DNA from: an uncultured virus (IMG/VR IMGVR_UViG_3300018080_007205)
Taxonomy: Duplodnaviria > Heunggongvirae > Uroviricota > Caudoviricetes
Strand: one strand, 5' to 3'
DNA: 64,000 bases
Virus record (IMG/VR): IMGVR_UViG_3300018080_007205
The notes under the pieces were generated by a model, which searched no databases, was not told the DNA's origin, and saw only the letters and a program-made list of their open reading frames with translations. Shown here piece after piece: positions 1 to 6,452 of this stretch. Positions within the stretch are counted from its first letter, which is position 1; each line of letters begins with the position of its first letter. The position numbers and the translations under genes were made by a program.

Positions 1-135
1 ACCAACGACGGCAACCAGGAGGTTCATGGCGCGCTCGACCCTGTTATCCCTCTTAAAAGAAACCCCGGCTTCTTCCGCAACCAGAATGTCGTCCAGCATC
101 TTCTGCGGGTCCTCATATCTTTCTTCGACTTTCAT
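1..135 (-). CDS. hypothetical protein, N-terminal part (runs off window edge)
   Basis: Hand-translated open frame MKVEERYEDPQKMLDD... starting just after the 148..657 stop. Confidence 0.55.
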   Translation of the reverse strand, partial: MKVEERYEDPQKMLDDILVAEEAGVSFKRDNRVERAMNLLVAVVG

Positions 136-147
136 CTTACAGCCTTT

Positions 148-657
148 CTATTTCTCGTAGCGGCACGGGTCAAACAGGCTCAGCATGGCATCGATGTGAA
201 CGTCGCTTCCGCTGATTATCCTGCCCGCTTCGCCGGCGCGCGGCTTCTGGAAGCACGGCTTGCTGGCCAGGCCGTAGAGCATCCATCTAAGCCCGCGCCG
301 CCTGCCGTACAGCCTGCGCATATGCTCGCGGAACGACGGGGGAGCAACGTAGATCTGCTTGACCTCGGTTCGGAAACTTGTTACAACCCCCATGCGGTGC
401 CTGCGCTTGTACAGTGCCTGGGCTACAACCAGGTCCTCGCCAGGAGCGTGAAGGAACCCGATGGCGGGAATGAGATTCTCGCATACGAACTCGTCAAGAT
501 CCCCCAGCGTCAGGAATTTGAAATTCCTGACCTTCCTGCGCATCCACTCGGGGATAGCGTCGTCCCCGTCGAAGAACCGGCACCCCAGCCTCTTCGCCAG
601 CTTTTCGCCGACGTAGTTTTTGCCGACCCCCATCTCGCCGAACAGCAGGTAGATCAT
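148..657 (-). CDS. P-loop kinase, gluconokinase/shikimate kinase-like
   Basis: N-terminal GEMGVGKN Walker A followed by FFDGDD. Confidence 0.7.
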   Translation of the reverse strand: MIYLLFGEMGVGKNYVGEKLAKRLGCRFFDGDDAIPEWMRRKVRNFKFLTLGDLDEFVCENLIPAIGFLHAPGEDLVVAQALYKRRHRMGVVTSFRTEVKQIYVAPPSFREHMRRLYGRRRGLRWMLYGLASKPCFQKPRAGEAGRIISGSDVHIDAMLSLFDPCRYEK

Positions 658-905
658 GGTCGCTTCTTTCTAGGATCGGTGCCGCCGGGAAAGCACTTCT
701 GGCAGCGGTCGTTCCTGAACGGCCTGTCGTCCGTGTACTCGATGGCCATCATGTCCACCTTGGTGCCGCAAGCCGGATATCCGCCCTCGTTCCTGTGAAC
801 CCTGTGAAGCCTCCACCCCTTGTACAGAAAACAGTACGCATGCGCCTGGTAGTGCTCGATCGCCTTCATTTCTTTCCCCGTCAGCTGTGATGCGTGAACA
901 CCCAC
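654..905 (-). CDS. hypothetical protein, Cys-containing
   Basis: ORF coupled to neighbours; ACG...RCQKC. Confidence 0.5.
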   Translation of the reverse strand: MGVHASQLTGKEMKAIEHYQAHAYCFLYKGWRLHRVHRNEGGYPACGTKVDMMAIEYTDDRPFRNDRCQKCFPGGTDPRKKRP

Positions 906-1285
906 AGCCTGATGTCAATCCCGTCTATCTCTTCGTCTCTGCCCGGCAGGAGCTTCTTGAACTCGTCGCGAACCTCCTGAACATCGCTATCCAGCAGCTC
1001 GTACGAGACCAGCGGCATCGATGCCGAGTCATGCCTGCTGTTCTCGCTCACGAACAGCGCCCGCCCGAACATCTCGTACTCTCCGGCATAACAGTCGAGA
1101 CAATGTACGAACCTCCCGCCATCATGCGCCTGCCTATCTCCGTATCGCTCGGAAACCGACGCATTGTGGTTGTCGATCTCCTCCCACTCCTCGTCGGTGG
1201 TTGCGGCATCCTCGTCCAGGAGCAGACCACCGAGCGGCTTGATGTCAGCGCCGACCATGACTATGTTCCGCCAGTTCACTCCCAT
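881..1285 (-). CDS. hypothetical protein
   Basis: 134-aa acidic ORF with upstream AAAGGAAA RBS. Confidence 0.65.
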   Translation of the reverse strand: MGVNWRNIVMVGADIKPLGGLLLDEDAATTDEEWEEIDNHNASVSERYGDRQAHDGGRFVHCLDCYAGEYEMFGRALFVSENSRHDSASMPLVSYELLDSDVQEVRDEFKKLLPGRDEEIDGIDIRLWVFTHHS

Positions 1286-1300
1286 AACGTTTCCTTTCTG

Positions 1301-1441
1301 TGCCCCCGCCAGGAATCGAACCTGGATCTCAGAAGATGCTTGTAGGCTCCGCAGCGTTGGTCCAGCAGGACCGAGTAAGAGAGCTGATGTTGCTCTTTTC
1401 AGGCTTGAATGGCCTGTGACCTACCATTGGTCTACGGGGGC
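1301..1441 (-). ncRNA. tRNA-like RNA (anticodon loop CATTCAA, Glu-TTC-like) with ~75-nt module in variable arm
   Basis: Acceptor GCCCCCG/CGGGGGC, D stem GACC/GGTC, anticodon stem CAGGC/GCCTG, T arm CCAGG-TTCGATT-CCTGG; insert carries ACTCGG and GCCTACAAGCA. Confidence 0.85.
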
Positions 1442-1447
1442 AAATTT

Positions 1448-1572
1448 GGCACGCGAGCGAGAGGGCTGGATGACGCAAAGGGCGGGATTTGAACCCGCGA
1501 CCTTCTGTTTATCATACAGACGCTCAACCAACTGAGCTACTTTTGCTTGTAGGCCCTGTTCTTCTGCGTGCC
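1448..1572 (-). ncRNA. tRNA-Ile(GAT)-like core (1475-1546) enclosed by outer helix carrying the shared module
   Basis: Cloverleaf core GCAAAAG...CCTTTGC, loop ATGATAA; flanks pair (GGCACGC/GCGTGCC, AGGGC/GCCCT) and include CTACAAGCA. Confidence 0.85.
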
Positions 1573-1575
1573 TAG

Positions 1576-1710
1576 CAGGGGAGGAAGGATTCGAACCTTC
1601 ATGTTTGCTTGTAGGCTTCAAATAATGGGTCTCGACAGACCCGAGTGGTGAAGCTGGATGCGTTACGCTGGTTTTGGTGTCCAGTGCCTAATCCATTCGG
1701 CCACTCCCCT
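1576..1710 (-). ncRNA. tRNA-like RNA (loop CACCAAA, CCA-like) with module in variable arm
   Basis: Acceptor AGGGGAG/CTCCCCT, D arm GCC..GGC, T arm GAAGG-TTCGAAT-CCTTC; insert CAGCTTCA..ACTCGGGTCT/AGACCCA..TGAAGCCTACAAGCA. Confidence 0.85.
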
Positions 1711-1784
1711 GAAAACTTATTCTAACCTTCCGGAAGCAACTGGGCCTCCTGAAAACTCTCTGCGCGGATCATCCGCTCACATTG

Positions 1785-1921
1785 TGGGGGAGGCAGGATT
1801 CGAACCTGCAAATGCTTGTAAGCTTTGAGTGGTGGCTCCGATGGAGCCGAGTGGCAAAGCGGTTGAACAGTGATGTTCTGACTCCAAATGTCAGCGCCTT
1901 TTCCAGTTTGGCCACTCCCCC
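1785..1921 (-). ncRNA. tRNA-like RNA (loop ATTTGGA, Gln-TTG-like) with module in variable arm
   Basis: Acceptor GGGGGAG/CTCCCCC, anticodon stem CTGAC/GTCAG, T arm GCAGG-TTCGAAT-CCTGC; insert GCTTTG..ACTCGGCTCC/GGAGCCA..CAAAGCTTACAAGCA. Confidence 0.85.
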
Positions 1922-1946
1922 AGTATTATTTAGACGCCAATTATCG

Positions 1947-2082
1947 TCCCCCCGGAGGGATTCGAACCCCCATCTCACGGGTTGCGCCGGCGACCGGAAT
2001 CGAACCGGCGTGCGCCATCGTCGGACGTCTGCATCCTACTCGCCAACAAAAGCCCGGTGTTCTGCCGTTGAACTACGGAGGG
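1947..2082 (-). tRNA. tRNA (probably Lys-TTT) with ~64-nt tRNA-like insertion in anticodon loop
   Basis: Acceptor CCCTCCG/CGGGGGG, D stem GTTC/GAAC, T arm GGGGG-TTCGAAT-CCCTC; removing 1984-2047 gives loop CTTTTAA (junction ambiguous). Confidence 0.75.
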
Positions 2083-2133
2083 ATATGGGAACTTTGTACC
2101 CCTCCATGCGTTTCAATCTATCCATCCTCATAC

Positions 2134-2400
2134 TTATCTCCTCACTCTGATACAGGCAATAGTTCTACACTTACGCCCGCACTTTTTTTGGCAGGCGTCA
2201 CGGGATGCCTTGTCCGCAACCTTCTTTGTGCGAGCCCATGCCGTCGCATCGCATTCGCCCTCATTGAATGCCGGAACCGACATACACACCCACGGTCTAC
2301 GCTGCTTGACTGCGGCGGTGGTTCTCACCGGCGCGCTCAGCATGATCAGCGCAGCTACAACAACAGCCATCAGTACAACAGTCATTGCTTTCTTTCTCAT
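2134..2400 (-). CDS. small secreted Cys-rich protein
   Basis: Basic N-terminus plus hydrophobic signal peptide; six Cys. Confidence 0.6.
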   Translation of the reverse strand: MRKKAMTVVLMAVVVAALIMLSAPVRTTAAVKQRRPWVCMSVPAFNEGECDATAWARTKKVADKASRDACQKKCGRKCRTIACIRVRR

Positions 2401-2420
2401 TCTCTTGCCTTTCTTTCCAG

Positions 2421-2507
2421 TGGGGGCCGAAGGAATCGAACCTCATGCCTGTACAGGAAGTGGGTTACAGCCACCTGCGGGACCATCCCGCCTTATTGGC
2501 GACCCCC
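2421..2507 (-). tRNA. non-canonical tRNA-Tyr(GTA)
   Basis: Anticodon arm GGTGG-CTGTAAC-CCACT, long variable arm CCTG/CAGG, TTCGATT T loop, A73; 6-bp D stem. Confidence 0.75.
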
Positions 2508-2515
2508 CCGAAATT

Positions 2516-2632
2516 GCCAAACCCCCCCTCCGACTCAGGACGCGCACGCGAGAGTCGCCGGACGTCATTCTCTTCGCGCTAGGGAATGCTCTCCGCCGAA
2601 GCGGCATATCCGGCATCCCATCAGGGTTCGGC
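2516..2632 (-). ncRNA. structured intergenic RNA of unknown class
   Basis: Terminal stem GCCGAACCC/GGGTTTGGC enclosing GCCGGA/TCCGGC, CCGC-TTCG-GCGG, CATTC/GAATG and GACTC/GAGTC helices. Confidence 0.55.
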
Positions 2633-2634
2633 AG

Positions 2635-2705
2635 AGACCGCGACGGGATTTGAACCCGTGTTGCCGCTTTTGCAGAGCGGTGCCTATCCTCTTGGCTACG
2701 CAGTC
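2635..2705 (-). tRNA. tRNA-Cys(GCA)
   Basis: Canonical cloverleaf, loop CTGCAAA, U73 discriminator; no encoded CCA. Confidence 0.95.
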
Positions 2706-2888
2706 TGATCTTCGCCTCCCGCATCCGGAAGCGGACACCACTCCGGTGGTATCACAAATGTGGCAACGCCATCACAATCCAGCCTACATATCGTATTCGG
2801 CCACCACATTTTGCCATCAACCTCTTTCGACCCACCACATATCGGCGTATCCCGATGAATACAATCTAGTGGTCATTTCCAGCCTTTC

Positions 2889-3932
2889 TTAAAACAAACC
2901 ATGCGGATGGCTCTCTCGCACGCCCGCGGCAGTCTGGCGCATAAACGCAGCATGCTTTCGGAAAGTATCCAGGTCACGAGCGTTCAAGTATGTCATTGAT
3001 GATCTGAGCCCTTCCTCTAGCGCCTTGAAAATTGGCTCAACAGATCCCTTGTATCGCACCTTCTTCCGCTCACCCTCAATGGCTCTAGCATAACCCTTCC
3101 AGCTCTCTTGCGCTTCTCTGGAAGCCATGCCGCGGTAGATCTTGTATGTGTTCCACTGATCTCCGCTCTCAGAAAATACCTTACCAGGGGTCTGCTCGGT
3201 ACCGGCAAAAAGACTGCCTACCATCACAGCATCCGCACCAGCCGCTATAGCCTTTGCGATATCACCGGACTGCCTGATGCCGCCGTCCGCTATCACAGTT
3301 ATCGGTCTGTCTGCTTTTCTTGCAACCTTCGACACATCGATGACGGCTGTGAGCTGTGGTATTCCCACTCCTGTTTGAATTCGCGTAGTACATAAGCTGC
3401 CTGGTCCTACGCCCACTTTCAAGCAATCAGCGCCAGCTCGAATGAGCCTATGGGCACCATCCTCCGTGGCGATGTTTCCAGCTATCACAGGAAGGGTCTT
3501 CCACTCCGACTCTTTCAGCCATCTTATTTGCTCTACCATGGCGTCGCTGTCGCCATGAGCAATGTCGACCAACACCGCGTCGCACTTCTCGCCTATTTCA
3601 TGCATGCGGTCCCTGGCACGGGCACCAACACCAATGCAGCCAACCTTCAGGATGCTGCCCAAGTCGTGTAGCTGTTTGCGCTGCTCCTCAGGAGTCATAA
3701 AACGATGGATAATTCCCAACCCGCCCATCTTATGAATCGCCCGCGCCATCCTGTCCTCTGTCACAGTGTCCATATTCGCAGAGATTATGGGGACAGAGAT
3801 GTATTTGCCTATCGTCGGAAATATGTTGGTGCGCGTACTGACCTCTTCTACGAACCGCGAACTGATCGTATTGTGTACGGGCACCAGCTGTACATCGTCA
3901 TACGTGAGACCTGTTTCTTCCAGAATTCGCAT
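2889..3932 (-). CDS. guaB: IMP dehydrogenase / GMP reductase family (no CBS domains)
   Basis: [14 protein letters not shown], catalytic loop [23 protein letters not shown]; start moved to MRILEE because upstream part overlaps tRNA-Leu. Confidence 0.88.
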   Translation of the reverse strand: MRILEETGLTYDDVQLVPVHNTISSRFVEEVSTRTNIFPTIGKYISVPIISANMDTVTEDRMARAIHKMGGLGIIHRFMTPEEQRKQLHDLGSILKVGCIGVGARARDRMHEIGEKCDAVLVDIAHGDSDAMVEQIRWLKESEWKTLPVIAGNIATEDGAHRLIRAGADCLKVGVGPGSLCTTRIQTGVGIPQLTAVIDVSKVARKADRPITVIADGGIRQSGDIAKAIAAGADAVMVGSLFAGTEQTPGKVFSESGDQWNTYKIYRGMASREAQESWKGYARAIEGERKKVRYKGSVEPIFKALEEGLRSSMTYLNARDLDTFRKHAAFMRQTAAGVRESHPHGLF

Positions 3933-3956
3933 AAGTTGCCGACTTTCTTGTTCATG

Positions 3957-4036
3957 TGCTGCCGAGAGGATTCGAACCTCCAACCTCCTGGTCCTGGTCC
4001 TGAACCAAGCGCCTCTTCCTGTTGGGCTACGGCAGC
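3957..4036 (-). tRNA. tRNA-Leu(CAG)
   Basis: Cloverleaf, loop TTCAGGA, variable arm, A73. Confidence 0.9.
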
Positions 4037-4043
4037 ACAAACT

Positions 4044-4077
4044 AAAAACGCCCTGGGTCCGCTAGGAGCCAGGGCGT
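4044..4077 (-). terminator. intrinsic terminator-like hairpin
   Basis: ACGCCCTGG/CCAGGGCGT followed by T run on minus strand. Confidence 0.6.
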
Positions 4078-4310
4078 CGAGGGAGACAGTTTCTGCGCGT
4101 CTTGCTACCCGCCCGGGCTCCTTGGATCCTGCTTCAGGGAGACGCACTCGTCGGCTACGATGGCATACGGTCCCTCGGGCAGGAGTCCTGCTTCGATGCT
4201 CGAGAAAACGCAATTGTCCCAGCAGCGACCAGCGCCGTGAGACGATGTATGCTGTTTTTGCGTTCTCAACATCGATGACATTGGAATCTCCAGACGGTTG
4301 AAAATGCTAA

Positions 4311-4432
4311 ACACGTGAGTGAGAGGGCTGGGTTGACGCAAGGACGGGGATTGAACCCGCTACCTTCTGTGTGTAAAACAGACGCTCTACCTGGTGAGCT
4401 ACATTGCTTGTGAGCCCTTTTCGGTTACGTGT
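4311..4432 (-). ncRNA. tRNA-Val(TAC)-like core (4338-4407) enclosed by outer helix carrying the shared module
   Basis: Same architecture as 1448-1572: ACACGT/ACGTGT, AGGGC/GCCCT, TCACAAGCA, CTCACTC; loop TTTACAC. Confidence 0.85.
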
Positions 4433-4439
4433 CTTGCCG

Positions 4440-4560
4440 TGGGGATGGAAGGAATCGAACCTTCATAACATTGCGTGTAGGCTTCAAATCGTGGCTCCCA
4501 AGGGAGCCGAGTGAGGAAGCTGAGTATAGCATCGGCTTTTCCAGTTTTGCCTACATCCCC
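4440..4560 (-). ncRNA. tRNA mimic lacking an anticodon arm (replaced by shared module)
   Basis: Acceptor GGGGATG/CATCCCC, D arm GGC..GCC, T arm GAAGG-TTCGATT-CCTTC; only the module lies between D and T arms. Confidence 0.85.
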
Positions 4561-4571
4561 AAATTATTTCG

Positions 4572-4681
4572 TGGAGGCGGAGGGAATCGAACCCCCTATT
4601 GTGCTTGTATGCTTCAAGCGTTGACCCTCCAGGGTCGAGTGGCGAAGCGGTATCAAACGTGATGATCCATTCATCGCCCCC
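4572..4681 (-). ncRNA. tRNA mimic with tmRNA-like ends (G3-U70), no anticodon arm, carrying shared module
   Basis: GGGGGCG/CGCCTCC-A, T arm GGGGG-TTCGATT-CCCTC; GCTTC..ACTCGACCCT/AGGGTCA..GAAGCATACAAGCA. Confidence 0.8.
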
Positions 4682-4687
4682 ATCTCG

Positions 4688-4759
4688 TAGCGGAAACCAG
4701 ATTCGAACCGACGACCTTCGGATTATGAGTCCGACGCGCTGCCTCTGCGCCATTCCGCA
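4688..4759 (-). tRNA. tRNA-Met(CAT), initiator-like
   Basis: Cloverleaf, loop CTCATAA, unpaired 1:72, GCGGAA/TTCCGC acceptor. Confidence 0.88.
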
Positions 4760-4896
4760 TCATCTGCCTTCCGTACCCATTACTATAGCTCACGGACAGG
4801 AAGGTCGACACTTTATGCTAAGAAAATTACAACTACGCATAATAAATACAGAAAACAATCCTGCAACGACGAACATAAAGGATTGCAAAAAACTTT

Positions 4897-4917
4897 GGAT
4901 GCATCAACGCGCGCGCG
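4897..4917. repeat. 21-bp intergenic motif GGATGCATCAACGCGCGCGCG, copy 1
   Basis: Identical to 37202-37222. Confidence 0.8.
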
Positions 4918-4919
4918 CG

Positions 4920-5201
4920 TTACTCATCGCACACCGGGCATACGCGCGACACTGATGTGAACAGCTGGACTTCCCTGGTCTCCGCGCCGCATTCAGGACA
5001 CGGATTCCCTGCCTGCTTTGCGTATATCAGAGAGACCCCCTTGGGCAAGGGTTCCACCTTTAGAATATGTCTGGCTATTCCTTGGTAATCTAGGAAAAAA
5101 TGTGCTGAGAAGGCGCGCTGTATCATGTACTTCTCGATCTCAGCAGCCATCCTTTCGTAAGCATTGATGCCTCTACTCATCCTCTTCGTCTTCTTCCACA
5201 T
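4920..5201 (-). CDS. hypothetical protein with C-terminal zinc ribbon
   Basis: CPECG...LFTSVSRVCPVC; similar tail in 12135..12377. Confidence 0.65.
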   Translation of the reverse strand: MWKKTKRMSRGINAYERMAAEIEKYMIQRAFSAHFFLDYQGIARHILKVEPLPKGVSLIYAKQAGNPCPECGAETREVQLFTSVSRVCPVCDE

Positions 5202-5757
5202 TCATCGATGGCAGGCACTCGATCGCCCGCGAAGTGTCGTACTCCGCAACCACGGTGACTCCGCATACCTCGGCAGCTGCGGTGCCGTCATCCATCTCCA
5301 TCCACTGGCTCTGCTCGGTCAGATCAGGATTGTTGTTCCTGAGCCTGGCCGCCAGCGCCAAAGCCTCCTCAAATGTTTCAGCCTCGACCTCGGCGCACAT
5401 CTCATACACCTCTTCCCAGCTGACGCTCCACTTCTTGCGGCAGTCCGGAACCGTGACCGTCTGGTTGACTAAGCGCGGATCGCCAGTGCTTACTATCTCG
5501 AACTTGACATCCAGCGGAGACCCGTCCTCAACACTGGCATAGTCGACCTTCACCTCTCCCTCGGGGTCGGACTTGGCAACCTTGATCGCTTCAGCCACTG
5601 CATCGTCCGCAGGTTTGAAAACCTTCATGTTCTTTTCCTCCTCAGAGCACATGCGGCATTTGCCGAGCTTGCGCCCGTGTCGGCACATGCCGTTGGTTAA
5701 GAGCCACAAAAAGAAGCGCGCTTCTTCGTCAGGATGCGACATCCGAACTTTCCTCAA
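5173..5757 (-). CDS. hypothetical acidic protein (start may be 5628)
   Basis: ORF fills gap; GAGGAGG RBS precedes MKVFKP. Confidence 0.6.
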   Translation of the reverse strand: MRKVRMSHPDEEARFFLWLLTNGMCRHGRKLGKCRMCSEEEKNMKVFKPADDAVAEAIKVAKSDPEGEVKVDYASVEDGSPLDVKFEIVSTGDPRLVNQTVTVPDCRKKWSVSWEEVYEMCAEVEAETFEEALALAARLRNNNPDLTEQSQWMEMDDGTAAAEVCGVTVVAEYDTSRAIECLPSMNVEEDEEDE

Positions 5758-6451
5758 ACGGCTTGCGCACAGTGTACCTGTAGCTCATCCACACGGGACC
5801 GGCATCGCTGCTCTCGTCGCGCGCCACAACCTCCAGGCCGCCGTCGGCGACCGTTGTTTCGATCTCACCGGGGTCTGCGCAGTACATTTCCATTGTCGGC
5901 CTGAAGCCGGCACCAGATCGCGCCACTGTACTCTTTGCCCCAGACTTCGAATCGTACGGAATCTGGAACACGGCGATGCCGCCTGGGGCAAGAACCCTGG
6001 CGAACTCTCCGACATAAGCCTTCATATACCGCGGCTCCATGTGCTGCAGCACTATGTTGGAGTATACCAGATCGAAAATACCGTCGGCAAACAACAGCAA
6101 GTCGGGCTCGGTGTTCAGGATGTAGCTGCAGTTCTTCCTGACAGCCAGCTGCTCTGCCTTCTCGATCATGGACGGCGCTATGTCCACGCCGCGCACTTCT
6201 CCGTAGTGTAGCGCCAAAGCCTCTGTCAGGCGGCCGACTCCGCATCCGAAATCCAGCGCAAGGTCTTTTTTTCTGTCTGGGGCTACGCTGTCCAGATGTT
6301 TCATGAGAGCCTTCACTTCCGCCTCGCCCGTGGCGAAAAACTCCCTGAGGTCCCACCTGCCATGCTGCTTGCCTGGTCGGGCAAGAATAAACCACAGGGG
6401 GTCGGCGCGACCCATGGCATCCCAGTGAAGCTGCAGATCTACGATGTCCAT
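5729..6451 (-). CDS. class I SAM-dependent methyltransferase
   Basis: ALDFGCGVGRL motif I, GVDIAPSM, FDLVYSNIVLQH, RVLAPGG. Confidence 0.9.
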   Translation of the reverse strand: MDIVDLQLHWDAMGRADPLWFILARPGKQHGRWDLREFFATGEAEVKALMKHLDSVAPDRKKDLALDFGCGVGRLTEALALHYGEVRGVDIAPSMIEKAEQLAVRKNCSYILNTEPDLLLFADGIFDLVYSNIVLQHMEPRYMKAYVGEFARVLAPGGIAVFQIPYDSKSGAKSTVARSGAGFRPTMEMYCADPGEIETTVADGGLEVVARDESSDAGPVWMSYRYTVRKPFEESSDVAS

Positions 6452-6452
6452 G

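Noticed and set aside
1301..1441. Reading the loop CATTCAA as a TCA (Sec/opal suppressor) anticodon
   Set aside because: With the 5-bp stem the central triplet is TTC. TCA would leave only one 3' loop base, and no SelB/Sec features are evident.
2516..2632. Hammerhead ribozyme (CTGATG present)
   Set aside because: The core would need CUGAUGA and GAAA in the right junction, and these are absent.
1164..2892. ORFs overlapping the tRNA cluster (1164..1535, 1421..1621, 1769..1978, 1888..2892, 2443..2724)
   Set aside because: They are explained by structured RNA genes and lack RBS or protein motifs.
3933..4040. N-terminal extension of IMPDH in the ORF track
   Set aside because: It overlaps tRNA-Leu. 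Family similarity begins at [14 protein letters not shown].
1301..4681. CRISPR array suggested by recurring TGCTTGTAGG
   Set aside because: The recurrences are short, irregularly spaced and embedded in tRNA-like folds. There is no repeat-spacer periodicity and no cas gene.
4572..4681. Full tmRNA gene
   Set aside because: It is only 110 nt with no tag ORF or pseudoknot region. It is kept as a tmRNA-like mimic instead.
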